NCBI GenBank assembly: GCA_903837175.1 | Contig: CAILTR010000055.1 | Location: 819 to 64,818, forward strand | DNA from: an uncultured bacterium | Lineage (GTDB): Bacteria > Patescibacteriota > Minisyncoccia > Moranbacterales > GWC2-37-73 | Direction of reading: 5' to 3' | Length of the DNA stretch: 64,000 bases | In this document: piece after piece, positions 1 to 9,427 of the stretch | Layout: the number at the start of each line of letters is the position of its first letter | Numbering within the stretch: the first letter of the stretch is position 1 | The notes under the pieces: model-generated | The model's input: only the letters and a program-made list of their open reading frames with translations | What the model was told of the DNA's origin: nothing | Database searches by the model: none | Program-made: the position numbers and the translations under genes

Positions 1-2964
1 TCAGACTGGGATTATAGTTTAAGCACAATCGCACCGCACGCTACCATTGATACTACAACTTTTAATGCAGAAAAAACTATACTAACCGTTCATTACACTG
101 GAACACTCGTGGAGCAAATAGACAAGCATTATGTTGTTGATTCTTGGACATCGGTAGGTGGTTGGGATGTAAGGGATTTAGCTGGCAATCCTGACAATTT
201 GCAGACGATTCAGAATGGTACACCAGTTTATCCGATTGCGTTTGCCGTGACTGCTGATACCATAGCACCAACTGAATCATCGGTTATTCTTAACCAAACA
301 GCCAAAACAGTCACCACGATTTTCAGTGAGCCAGTTCAACTGAAGAATGGTTCCACCGTCACTGCCTATGGGGATGTTACAAAAAATGATCTTGGAATTT
401 ATAAACTTACTGGTACAATGACGTGGGAAAACGCTGCAGTCGGTGGTGTCGAGGTCTCAGCTGTCCACTTTTCAGATGCTACCCATCTTACGGTTACCTA
501 CACTGGAACACTTCCAGTCGGAATCTATATCGTGGATACTTTTGGAGCTGACGTGACCGACCTTGCTGGCAATAAGCTGACTGACGCTGGAGCGTTGACG
601 TTTGAAGTGACTGACGCCACGCTTCCGACTGCAACAGTAACTCATGTCGATTCAACAAAGACAATTGTCTATACTTTTAACGAACCAGTACAGCTAATCA
701 ATGAAGGTAGCCTTGTGGTTACCGCGGCTTCAGCTATAACCCCATCAATGTTAGGTATTCATGCAGTAGTTATGCCAGGAATGACGTGGGATAGTACCGT
801 AAAAGTAGATACAATTTTATCAGCCAGTTTTGACGGTACGGGCAAGATTCTAACTATTGTATATACTGGAACACTACCAACAGGAAGCTATGTCGTGGAT
901 ACGTACGGATACAGCGTAACTGATTTAGCGGGCAACGAGATAGTAGATGATCCAAGTTTGATATTTGCAGCTGATAGTACTGCACCAGCCGGTGGACTGC
1001 TAACAGTGCTGACAACAAATCATCCAACACCTGGAATTACAGTTGATACCCCAACAGCTGGCGTCTATGCTATTACTCCAGCGCTCACTGGATCGGATCA
1101 ATTAACTTCACTCACAGTTGTGGTTACAGATGCTGATTTAAACAAGACAGCTGTTCCTGCCTATATTGATGGAGGTGGAACTGCAAACGGAACAATGGTT
1201 TGGAGTAGTGGTAGTGTTTGGACTTGGACTCCAGGTTCAGCCGTAAATTTCACAGAAGGCGAACATTATCTCACAGCTACATTTGCTGATAATGCAGGCA
1301 ATACTACACTGCTGAGAGCTAACTTTACAACTGACAAGACTGCACCAGTAATTACGCGGCTAGGAACTTCACCTCTTAATGTTATATATGGCTCAACCTA
1401 TACTGATTCAGGGGCTACCGCGAACGATACTTTAGATGCAAATATTACTGAAAATATTGTAACGGTTAATCCAGTTAATACGGCTATTCCAGGTGATTAT
1501 ACAATAACTTATAATGTTGTTGATGGGGCTGGTAATCACGCCTTAGAGGTTTCGAGAATAGTACATGTGATTAAGGCGAATGCAGACTGTACCTCAATTA
1601 TTGGATATGATGACGTCTATGACGGAAGCGCTCATGGCGCATCCGGCACTTGTGAAGGCGTCGGCAGTGACGGAACTTTAGCAGGTCTTAATCTTGGCGC
1701 CTCATTTACGGATGTTCCTGGCGGTACGGCTAATTGGACCTTTACCGATACGACTGGAAACTATAATAATGCAAGTGGCAGTGTAGATATCTCGATCGGA
1801 CAAACTGAACCTGATGAGGATGGAAATGCTACGCTTAATAATAGTAATCCTCAAGTTGTTTTAACCGACGGAGAGCAATCTGTAACCATCAAAGTTACGC
1901 CCGGCACCGAAAGCCCAACCATTGACGTGAGCGCATTGCTTACAGGGACACTCCCTGAAATTACCATAAATACTGAGGTTGCTGAGGTTTTCATCCCAGC
2001 GGGGACAGTGGTAACTGGCCCGGCTGGTTGGGATGGCGTTATTAACGCACCGACAGCCGGTACGCCGAGCGGTGGCAACGCGCCAGCAGGTTTTGCAGTC
2101 GGCGAGACGGTTATTACCCTTGGCTCAGCAAGCGGGATGCTGCTCTTTAACCCAGCAGTGGTTATCACGCTTCCAGGCGTGACTGGCGCAGTGGGCTATC
2201 GTCCAGCTGGCTCGAATCAATGGATTGAAATTACGAATGTTTGCACTGGAAACTATGATGATCCAACTGGTGCACCAGCGGGTGGGGAATGCGCCATCAA
2301 TGATGGAGTTGATACGAAGATTCTAACTTATCATTTTACCTCTTTTGGCGATTTATTAGATACGAGAGCCCCAGAGACCGTCGATAATTTCAAAGGAGTT
2401 TATCGCCCGATTACTGGAGACGTTGAATTAACTTGGGATATTAACGATAGCGACACCTCGAAAGTTTTAATTTATCGCGGGACAACTTATCATTATACTT
2501 TAAACAGTCACTCACACCTAAATACCCAAGATAGGCGAGACGAGAATTATATTGATAAAGACGTTACCCCAGGCAAAACTTATTATTATAGAATAATAAC
2601 TAAAGACGAAGCTGGAAATAAAAGTGATGTCAAAGTAATTAAAATTACAATCCCAATTAATGGAAGCGTCGCCATTAGTACGCCAGAACCTACCGAGCCA
2701 GCGCCAACAGGGGCTACTATTCAAGAAGAAACGACAACCACTGGTGGATCCGGCACTTCGGTAACGGGTGGAATGAGTGGTAGTGACCAAGGCAGTTCGA
2801 CGAAAGGCTCCGTCTTAGGTGAAACAACCGACCAAGGCAATGGAAATCAGCAACCAGGCTTCTGGGCCTCGAACTGGAAATGGTTTCTAGCCCTAATCTT
2901 TGCTGGCGGGGGATTCTTCTTCTGGCTAAGGCGTCGACAGGGAGGCGGGAACGTCGTTGGCTAA
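1..2964 (+). CDS. Large surface protein, 5'-truncated by the window edge. It has repeated Ig-like domains (DUF5011/BIG-like), an Fn3 domain, a Ser/Thr/Gly-rich stalk, and a C-terminal TM anchor with a basic tail.
   Basis: The ORF 109..2964 continues in frame to position 1, where the upstream residues (...ILTVHYTGTLVEQ) match the internal repeat 'ILTIVYTGTLPTGSYVVDTYGYSVTDLAGN'. There are about four ~100-aa repeats and a DUF5011-like segment 'APVITRLG...GDYTITYNVVDGAGN'. 'YYYRIITKDEAGNKS' is Fn3-like. The C-terminus is '...VLGETTDQG...WKWFLALIFAGGGFFFWLRRRQ'. Confidence 0.6.
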   Translation, partial: SDWDYSLSTIAPHATIDTTTFNAEKTILTVHYTGTLVEQIDKHYVVDSWTSVGGWDVRDLAGNPDNLQTIQNGTPVYPIAFAVTADTIAPTESSVILNQTAKTVTTIFSEPVQLKNGSTVTAYGDVTKNDLGIYKLTGTMTWENAAVGGVEVSAVHFSDATHLTVTYTGTLPVGIYIVDTFGADVTDLAGNKLTDAGALTFEVTDATLPTATVTHVDSTKTIVYTFNEPVQLINEGSLVVTAASAITPSMLGIHAVVMPGMTWDSTVKVDTILSASFDGTGKILTIVYTGTLPTGSYVVDTYGYSVTDLAGNEIVDDPSLIFAADSTAPAGGLLTVLTTNHPTPGITVDTPTAGVYAITPALTGSDQLTSLTVVVTDADLNKTAVPAYIDGGGTANGTMVWSSGSVWTWTPGSAVNFTEGEHYLTATFADNAGNTTLLRANFTTDKTAPVITRLGTSPLNVIYGSTYTDSGATANDTLDANITENIVTVNPVNTAIPGDYTITYNVVDGAGNHALEVSRIVHVIKANADCTSIIGYDDVYDGSAHGASGTCEGVGSDGTLAGLNLGASFTDVPGGTANWTFTDTTGNYNNASGSVDISIGQTEPDEDGNATLNNSNPQVVLTDGEQSVTIKVTPGTESPTIDVSALLTGTLPEITINTEVAEVFIPAGTVVTGPAGWDGVINAPTAGTPSGGNAPAGFAVGETVITLGSASGMLLFNPAVVITLPGVTGAVGYRPAGSNQWIEITNVCTGNYDDPTGAPAGGECAINDGVDTKILTYHFTSFGDLLDTRAPETVDNFKGVYRPITGDVELTWDINDSDTSKVLIYRGTTYHYTLNSHSHLNTQDRRDENYIDKDVTPGKTYYYRIITKDEAGNKSDVKVIKITIPINGSVAISTPEPTEPAPTGATIQEETTTTGGSGTSVTGGMSGSDQGSSTKGSVLGETTDQGNGNQQPGFWASNWKWFLALIFAGGGFFFWLRRRQGGGNVVG

Positions 2965-2986
2965 AACTTTAATTTAATTTTGCTAA

Positions 2987-3040
2987 AAAACGAAAAACGT
3001 TGCATTTAATTCTTGCAACGTTTTTCGTTTTGGATTTTTG
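2987..3040 (+). terminator. Rho-independent terminator: an 18-bp perfect stem followed by a T-run.
   Basis: 'aaaacgaaaaacgttgca' (2987-3004), a loop, then 'tgcaacgtttttcgtttt' followed by 'ggatttttg'. It lies immediately after the stop at 2964. Confidence 0.65.
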
Positions 3041-3089
3041 CGAAGGTGTGGTATATTTTAAAAAAGAACCTTTCTAACTTTCAACTTAG

Positions 3090-4637
3090 TTGCTAAAAAA
3101 CATCAGGAGAATTAAAATAATTTTTCAGCGTATTTTTTTACCTGGAGTTTTTTTAACGTTTAGGCAACTGGTTTTTACTGGTTTAATCTTCAGCCTAACT
3201 TTTTATCTGGCTGGTCTAAATTTTTCCGCTACGGAATTGATGACGGTCAAGGCTGAAGAAATAGCTATTGATGCACCAACTTTTGCAATACCGGATGAAG
3301 TAGGGGACGTAGTTCTTTATGCCGAGGTTGATCGGGCCGTCCTGACTGATTTAGCTCAAGCGGTAACAATTTATGTGTATGAGGGAGCAGTTAATCCAAA
3401 CGTTGATGTCAACGCTTTTATTAATAGTGAAAGTAAAGCTGGGACTTTACCTGAAATTACCATTAATACTGACGTTGCGAGTGTTTTTATCCCAAGCGGA
3501 ACAGTGGTGACTGGCCCAGTCGATTGGGATGGGATAATAAATTTGCCGACTCTTGGTGAACCGGACGGAGGCAAAAATCCTGCAGGTCTTATAGTTGGGG
3601 AGACAGTTATTACCCTTGGCTCAATAAAAGGGGCGTTAAATTTCAGTAAACCCGTCGTGATAACTTTGCTTGGCGTGACTGGTGCAGTGGGTTATCGGCC
3701 TGCCGGTTTAGGCCAATGGGTGGAAATTTCTAATATTTGTACAGGCACCTACGAAAATCCAACTGGCGCGCCAGCGGGGGGAGCATGTGTAATTAGTAAT
3801 GACACAGACACTAAAATTTTAACTTACCATCTTACTTCTTTTGGAAATTTAATTGATGAACAATTACCAGAAGTTTTTTCCGCGGAAACGCAAGATCTAA
3901 ATGGGAATGGTAAGCTCGATGCGATTAAACTTACTTTTTCGGAAAGGATCGATGACGATAGATTAGCGAAAGGCACGCCAGATAATTGGGACGTGCTTGG
4001 CTATGAAGGTGAATCAATTAGTACTGGCAGTACCGAAAATGATAAAATTCTCTGGCTTAGTTTTAGCGAAGGTTTAGCTACCGACCTGGACGCTTTGCCA
4101 ATAGTTACGTATACGCAGGCGCCACCTCCTACTAATGGGTGTAGTACTCATGACTTAGCTGGTAATGAATTAGCAAATGGTAGTTGGGAGTCAGCGGCTA
4201 AGATTTTAATTCCTGACCCACCGACCGATAGTCGCGAAAATATCGCTGACCCGGTAAATATTAGTAATGAAGTTACTGAAGTTGTTATTGATAAGAATAA
4301 AAGTAAAGCTAAACATAAAGCAGCCCACAAAAAATCCAAGGTAAAATCAGCTCAAACTATTCAGCCAGTTCGGGCTCTTGCGAAAAAAAATATTGTGCCA
4401 GAAAAAAACGCTGATATTGTGCCGGATATTTCAAAACTGGTGGCAGATATTCAACCAGCCCTAAGTAGCGGTGCAGTCCTCGGTGAGGCAACCGAGCAAG
4501 GTGATAAAAAGCAAATAGTTCTTTGGTTTTTAAGCTGGAGATGGTTTTTAATCGCACTGCTTATTCTCCTAATCATTCTCATCGCCTTAGAGAGTCTTCT
4601 CTGGCGAAAGCAACGACAAAGAAATAAGGTTACCTAA
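3090..4637 (+). CDS. Membrane-anchored surface protein, paralogous to the upstream gene. It shares a ~140-aa domain and the same C-terminal motif, TM helix and basic tail.
   Basis: It has an N-terminal signal/TM. The segment 'TLPEITINTDVASVFIPSGTVVTGP...GAVGYRPAG...CTGTYENPTGAPAGG' is ~65% identical to residues ~600-750 of the first protein. The C-terminus is 'AVLGEATEQG...WRWFLIALLILLIILIA...RKQRQRNK'. Confidence 0.55.
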   Translation: MLKNIRRIKIIFQRIFLPGVFLTFRQLVFTGLIFSLTFYLAGLNFSATELMTVKAEEIAIDAPTFAIPDEVGDVVLYAEVDRAVLTDLAQAVTIYVYEGAVNPNVDVNAFINSESKAGTLPEITINTDVASVFIPSGTVVTGPVDWDGIINLPTLGEPDGGKNPAGLIVGETVITLGSIKGALNFSKPVVITLLGVTGAVGYRPAGLGQWVEISNICTGTYENPTGAPAGGACVISNDTDTKILTYHLTSFGNLIDEQLPEVFSAETQDLNGNGKLDAIKLTFSERIDDDRLAKGTPDNWDVLGYEGESISTGSTENDKILWLSFSEGLATDLDALPIVTYTQAPPPTNGCSTHDLAGNELANGSWESAAKILIPDPPTDSRENIADPVNISNEVTEVVIDKNKSKAKHKAAHKKSKVKSAQTIQPVRALAKKNIVPEKNADIVPDISKLVADIQPALSSGAVLGEATEQGDKKQIVLWFLSWRWFLIALLILLIILIALESLLWRKQRQRNKVT

Positions 4638-4710
4638 AAATAGTAATTTCCTGTTTTTTTAAAAAAGCCAAAAGTGTGCTATAATATTAAGTAATATTAA
4701 TTTAACTAGT

Positions 4711-4747
4711 AGTTGCAAGACGTTGGAGGCTTAGCCTCCTTGCAACT
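4711..4747 (+). repeat. Hairpin containing the palindrome GGAGGCTTAGCCTCC. Possible terminator or small structured RNA; it lies downstream of extended -10 'tgtgctataat' (4675-4685).
   Basis: Outer stem 'gttgcaag' / 'cttgcaac' and inner 'ggaggc tta gcctcc'. The same palindrome is duplicated at 57053-57091. Confidence 0.4.
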
Positions 4748-4821
4748 GGCCGTGATTTAATAGCTTCGGTATAATGAGGACATTCCCTTGAATATCAGCT
4801 CTTATTTTTTAAGAAAACTTT

Positions 4822-5025
4822 ATGGAAGAAATCCTAAAAAAACTCACTGAACAAGAAGTTAAAATTGACGCGATGTACGCTTCCGTCGAAAAGCTTCGGA
4901 AATATTTTATGTGGACGCTGATTATAACAGCCGTTACCGTAATCTTGCCACTATTGGTTATGATTATTGCGGTGCCTTATTTGATGAGTACTTTTTCTTC
5001 GCTGTACCAGTTGCCAATAAACTAG
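4822..5025 (+). CDS. Small single-TM hypothetical protein.
   Basis: 67-aa ORF with a C-terminal hydrophobic helix. It is preceded by a -10-like 'cggtataat'. No homology was recognised. Confidence 0.3.
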   Translation: MEEILKKLTEQEVKIDAMYASVEKLRKYFMWTLIITAVTVILPLLVMIIAVPYLMSTFSSLYQLPIN

Positions 5026-5112
5026 TGGAGCCTTAAGTTAGTTTTGAATAAAGTAAATTTTGTGGTATAATAAAAAAGCAGTTCAATAAGAATAATTTTT
5101 TTAAAAACCTAT

Positions 5113-5730
5113 ATGAAAGCGAAAACAAAAGCGAAAACAAAAGCGAAAACAACAACGAAAGCGAAAGTAAAAGCAAATGTAAAAGTTAGTGGCAGTAAAA
5201 GTGGTAATCCGCGACTGGCCAGTGAATTTGCAATCGGCGTAATCTTTTTTGTGGCAGTTATCATTGGTGGAATTTTCTGGTATATGGGCATCGGGGATAA
5301 ACAGGCTCCTACGCTTAGCGAAAATCAGGTAACGAATATTACCAAGCAAAAAACCGTAGCGCAATCAGGCGCTGAAAAAGCTTCTAAAAATTTAGCGGTA
5401 GCTAGTAGTGAATGTAAACCGCATTATTATGAAGGCGAAAAAGAAGTTGAGGGTTGGCTTGTTTCGCAGGGTGAGGATGGCGTCGTCATGCTTGGCGTTA
5501 AGAAAGAAGAGCTCGCAAAGCTTCCGACTGAAAATTCTAACTTAATGGCCGATGGGGAAGATTATACTTTTAAATTAATTGATCCAACCGACGAAGTAAA
5601 AACTAAAATTAAAGATTCTTCAAAAGAAAAGCCAGTTAAATTAACTGTGCGCGGTTACGCAGAAATTTGCCAACAGCCACCGCTATTGAGTCTCCAGCCA
5701 GCAAAGGTCGCTTTCAAGAAGCAATCCTAA
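5113..5730 (+). CDS. Hypothetical membrane-anchored protein with an N-terminal KAKT repeat.
   Basis: 205-aa ORF. The extended -10 'tgtggtataat' sits at 5061-5071. The N-terminal '(KAKT)n' is encoded by a 12-nt tandem repeat. One TM helix is followed by a soluble domain. Confidence 0.45.
   Translation: MKAKTKAKTKAKTTTKAKVKANVKVSGSKSGNPRLASEFAIGVIFFVAVIIGGIFWYMGIGDKQAPTLSENQVTNITKQKTVAQSGAEKASKNLAVASSECKPHYYEGEKEVEGWLVSQGEDGVVMLGVKKEELAKLPTENSNLMADGEDYTFKLIDPTDEVKTKIKDSSKEKPVKLTVRGYAEICQQPPLLSLQPAKVAFKKQS
5116..5151 (+). repeat. In-frame 12-nt tandem repeat (aaagcgaaaaca x3) encoding KAKT repeats.
   Basis: Direct reading of the sequence. Confidence 0.8.
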
Positions 5731-5790
5731 ACTAAAGCTAAAAAAAGCTTAAGGCTACTCAGAAGTTTTTAGCTGTGTTATAATCTAGCA

Positions 5791-6939
5791 ATGTTTAATA
5801 AAATTAGAAAAATTGTAAAGTCCAGCGTGGTTTTCTTTTTGATTTTCCCCGCATATATCGCTGCTCATATGGCAGTTTATTTTTCGTTGGCTTATTTTTT
5901 CCCATTTTCCTTGCCGTTCGAAAAGAATATTGTTAAATTAGTCCTGTTTTTATTGGGTGCTTTTCTCGGCTTTAGCATTATGATCTCGACGTTGCTAGCG
6001 CATCGTTGGGATAATCATTTTAACCGCAAATACTATTTTCTTTCCGGCGTCTGGGTTGGTTTGATGATAAATCTTCTCCTCTTTTTTGCTTTCGGTTGGC
6101 TGGTTATTTTATTCAGTGATTTAGTTGGAATTAATCCGCCCGAAAAAACCATCGGAGCGCTGGCTATTTTTGGGGCCGTAATTTATTCCTTGTATGGGAT
6201 TTTGAATGCCTTTACCCCGATTGTAAAAAAGATTAATGTTTCGATTAATAACTTGCCTAAAAAATGGATTGGTAAAAAAATTGTCCAAATTTCAGACGTG
6301 CATCTCGGGCATATTTATCGGGATCATTATTTAAGCGAAGTTGCTAAGCGGATTAATCGCTTAGAACCGGATGCAATTGTAATTACGGGCGATCTTTTCG
6401 ATGGCACTGACGGTAATATTGAGATTTTTATTAAACCGCTTAATCTGCTCGAGGCTCCGAAAGGTATTTTTTACGCCCTGGGAAATCATGAAACTTATTT
6501 GGGAACTGATAAAACTTTTAAAACTTTAGCCAAGACTAAAATTACTTGTCTGCGAAATGAAATTAAAACCGTAGATGGTTTGCAGTTTATCGGGATCGAA
6601 TTTCCAGGCCATGGCGAAAAAATTAATGTCGTTAAAACGATCAAAGAGATTTCGAATTTTAAGCGAGCTTGTCCGAGCGTTTTACTCTGGCATATGCCGA
6701 CTCAGGTTGCAAGAATTAGAAAACTCGGAATTTCCCTGATGCTTGCTGGCCACACGCACAAGGGTCAACTTTTTCCCTTCGGCTTTGCGACCAGTTTTAT
6801 GTTTCGTGGCTACGATTACGGTTTAAGACAAAAAGATAATTTTTCTATTTATACTTCTTGTGGGCTTGGCGCGTGGGGGACGCCGATGCGAACCGAGGGC
6901 CATTCGGAAATTGTTGAGATAACCTTAGCGAAGGGATAG
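5791..6939 (+). CDS. Membrane-bound metallophosphoesterase (calcineurin-like, YkuE/YaeI-like).
   Basis: N-terminal TM helices are followed by the motifs 'ISDVHLG', 'ITGDLFDG' and 'GNHE' and a C-terminal 'GHTH'. The extended -10 'tgtgttataat' ends 7 nt before the ATG, suggesting a possibly leaderless transcript. Confidence 0.8.
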   Translation: MFNKIRKIVKSSVVFFLIFPAYIAAHMAVYFSLAYFFPFSLPFEKNIVKLVLFLLGAFLGFSIMISTLLAHRWDNHFNRKYYFLSGVWVGLMINLLLFFAFGWLVILFSDLVGINPPEKTIGALAIFGAVIYSLYGILNAFTPIVKKINVSINNLPKKWIGKKIVQISDVHLGHIYRDHYLSEVAKRINRLEPDAIVITGDLFDGTDGNIEIFIKPLNLLEAPKGIFYALGNHETYLGTDKTFKTLAKTKITCLRNEIKTVDGLQFIGIEFPGHGEKINVVKTIKEISNFKRACPSVLLWHMPTQVARIRKLGISLMLAGHTHKGQLFPFGFATSFMFRGYDYGLRQKDNFSIYTSCGLGAWGTPMRTEGHSEIVEITLAKG

Positions 6940-7117
6940 GCGGGCATAAATGCCTAATGCCAAATTTAAAATGTCAAATTTCTAAGGCCTAATGCCTAAT
7001 TTCTAAGGACTATTGTTTGGGCTTTAAGGGAGCCTTAACTTTGATACCTTGAAAGATTGAGGGCTATCTTTTGTATATATAAAGGTTATGCTTTTTTAAT
7101 CCTTTTTAATTAAAAGT

Positions 7118-7900
7118 ATGATTGTTTTTTCAGCTATTGTCCCGCATCCCTTGGAAAGTATCCCAGGTATCGGACAGCCTAGCGATCGAAAAAAAATTAA
7201 ACAAACGCTGGCGGCTTTTAAAGAGCTTCGAATTGCGCTGGAAAAAGCGACGCCCGATACAGTGATTATCATTTCGCCCCACGCTAAATTGGAGCGTTAT
7301 TCTTTCGTGATTAATTCAGCGAAAAAATTAGGGGGCGACTTTAGTCAGTTTGGGCTTGCGGAGAAGTATAGCTATGAAAATGACAAAGCGATTTTTAATA
7401 AGCTAGCTTTTACTTGCAAGGAAGATGAGCTTTCTTTTCGTTTGCGAAATAACCCGCTTGATTATGGCGCCCTGATTCCGCTCCAGCATCTACTAAAAAA
7501 TATCCAACCCAAAGTGGTCCATTTAGCTTTTTCGCTGATGAACTATCAGCAACATTTCCGTTACGGTCAACTTATCGAAAGCGTAATTGGCGGCCATCAA
7601 TCCAAGCGAATTGCCATTATCGCTAGCGCTGAATTGTCTCATCGGCTAACTCCTAACGCTCCCGCGGGCTTTTCGCCTGAGGCGGAAAAGTTCGACCGCG
7701 AAATTATTCATCAACTCGGGGGCAATAACTTGCTCAGCATTATGAGCATGCACAAGGAAGTTATCGACCAAGCCGCTGAATGCGGTCTGCGAGCCATTAT
7801 CATTTTAATGGGCGCTTTGCATGAAGAAAAATACGCCTTTAAATTACTCAGCTACGAAGGCCCCTCCGGCATCGGCTATCTGATGGCAAGACTGATTTAA
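7118..7900 (+). CDS. LigB / Memo1-family protein (class III extradiol dioxygenase fold).
   Basis: 'IVPHPLESIPG', 'IIISPH' and 'ASAELSHRL' with C-terminal 'GPSGIGY' resemble the LigB/AmmeMemoRadiSam protein B family. This rests on motif-level evidence only. Confidence 0.45.
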   Translation: MIVFSAIVPHPLESIPGIGQPSDRKKIKQTLAAFKELRIALEKATPDTVIIISPHAKLERYSFVINSAKKLGGDFSQFGLAEKYSYENDKAIFNKLAFTCKEDELSFRLRNNPLDYGALIPLQHLLKNIQPKVVHLAFSLMNYQQHFRYGQLIESVIGGHQSKRIAIIASAELSHRLTPNAPAGFSPEAEKFDREIIHQLGGNNLLSIMSMHKEVIDQAAECGLRAIIILMGALHEEKYAFKLLSYEGPSGIGYLMARLI

Positions 7901-7922
7901 GATATGATTGAATATTTCCTAT

Positions 7923-7958
7923 AAACAGCTTTTGTTTTTACGAGAGCTGTTTTTTTTG
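7923..7958 (+). terminator. Rho-independent terminator.
   Basis: Stem 'aaacagct' / 'agctgttt' followed by a T8 run after the stop at 7900. Confidence 0.45.
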
Positions 7959-8217
7959 TTATCCAAGAGGATTTGCTTGAAGACGGGTTGAATTGGTGGT
8001 ATGATAAGGGTATTAAGGGAATTATGAAATTTTAGGCTCTATCATGAAATAAGTTGTGCAGTTCGTGCTCAGATTTGCGTCAGATTTGTTCCAAAAAAAT
8101 TGAGAAGCTATCGAGATAACTTTGAAATTTTTTTGAGCAAAGATGGTGTAAAGATGAGCGCTAGATGCATAAGTTATTTCGCGGTAGAGACTTAGTTAAT
8201 TTTGGAAATAAAAGGGT

Positions 8218-8260
8218 AATAAAAATTTTTTGAAAGTTACATAGCACGCTATACAATAAA
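8218..8260 (+). promoter_or_regulatory. Promoter-like element. It is direct-repeat copy 1, with TTGAAA, a 17-nt spacer and TACAAT.
   Basis: 'ttgaaagttacatagcacgctatacaataaa' lies immediately upstream of the ATG at 8267. A ~75% identical copy sits at 9428-9470. Confidence 0.4.
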
Positions 8261-8266
8261 AAAAAT

Positions 8267-9409
8267 ATGTCAAAAATAATCACAGCGAGCAAAGGAAATC
8301 TTTTTCAAGAAATAAAAAAACTGCTTGAAAATGCCAAAAATAAGGTTGTGCAAACAGTAAACACGACTATGGTTTTGACTTATTTTGAAATTGGTCGTTT
8401 GATTGTGGAGGATGAACAAAAAGGCAAAATTAGAGCGGAATATGGTTCAGAAACCTTGGAAATCTTGAGTAAAAAATTAATGAAAGAATTCGGTAAGGGT
8501 TGTTCAGTAACAAACCTGAAGCAAATGAAGACATTTTTCTTATTGTATAAGAAAGGTCAGACAGTGTCTGACGAATTTAAAAACTCCAAAGTGTTGTCTC
8601 GAAAAATTGAAAAAACAGGAAATCAGCAGACATTGCCTGTCAATTTTCAGGAATACCATTTTTCTCTTTCATGGTCGCACTATGTTCGCCTAATTTCCCT
8701 CAAAGATACTCAAGAGCGCAATTTTTATGAAAAAGAATGCTCAGAAAATTGTTGGTCAATAAGAGAACTTGATCGACAAATAAATTCGGCTTTGTTTGAA
8801 AGGATTGTTTTAAGTAAGGACAAGAAAGGTGTTTTGGTGGATAATTTGAAAAAATATCATACTCCAGAAAATCCCCAAGATATTCTAAAGGATCCTTATA
8901 TTTTAGAATTTTTAGATCTTGATGAAAATGTAAAATATTCCGAAAATGAGTTAGAGCAGGCAATTATTGATAATTTGCAAAAATTTTTACTTGAATTTGG
9001 CAAAGGTTTTAGTTTTATTGCTCGTCAAAAAAGATTCAGTTTTGGCTCAGATCATTTTTATATTGACTTGGTTTTTTATAATCGACTTTTGAAAGCCTTT
9101 GTATTGATTGATCTCAAAATTAACAAGCTAACTCATCAGGATTTGGGGCAAATGCAAATGTATGTGAATATGTTTAATCGCTTGGAGAAGAAAGCCTGGG
9201 AAAATCCTACTATCGGTTTAATTTTGTGCAAAGAAAAAAATGAAATTGTGATTGAATATACTTTGCCGGAAAATAGCAATATTTTTGCTCGAGAATATAA
9301 ATTGTATCTTCCGAGTAAAATTGAATTGAAAAAGCAAATCCAGAAAGCAGAGAAGTCGTTCAAGGAAAGAGAGCGAACAGCTGCTCGAATAGGCAAAGCA
9401 AAAAGTTAA
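8267..9409 (+). CDS. DUF1016 / YhcG-family PD-(D/E)xK nuclease.
   Basis: The C-terminal 'FYIDLVFYNRLLKAFVLIDLKINKLTHQDLGQMQMYVNMFN' matches the YhcG PDDEXK core. The N-terminal 'LTYFEIGRLIVE' is typical of the family. The gene is flanked by 43-nt direct repeats. Confidence 0.7.
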   Translation: MSKIITASKGNLFQEIKKLLENAKNKVVQTVNTTMVLTYFEIGRLIVEDEQKGKIRAEYGSETLEILSKKLMKEFGKGCSVTNLKQMKTFFLLYKKGQTVSDEFKNSKVLSRKIEKTGNQQTLPVNFQEYHFSLSWSHYVRLISLKDTQERNFYEKECSENCWSIRELDRQINSALFERIVLSKDKKGVLVDNLKKYHTPENPQDILKDPYILEFLDLDENVKYSENELEQAIIDNLQKFLLEFGKGFSFIARQKRFSFGSDHFYIDLVFYNRLLKAFVLIDLKINKLTHQDLGQMQMYVNMFNRLEKKAWENPTIGLILCKEKNEIVIEYTLPENSNIFAREYKLYLPSKIELKKQIQKAEKSFKERERTAARIGKAKS

Positions 9410-9427
9410 AGCAGAGATTGAGAAATA

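Noticed and set aside
1851-2168. Antisense ORFs inside the large surface-protein genes (1851-2168-, 2518-2790-, 3371-3574-, 4148-4339-, 4357-4557-).
   Set aside because: They are fully embedded in, and antisense to, long well-supported + strand genes. Their composition is low-complexity mirror images of the sense repeats. They are treated as spurious.
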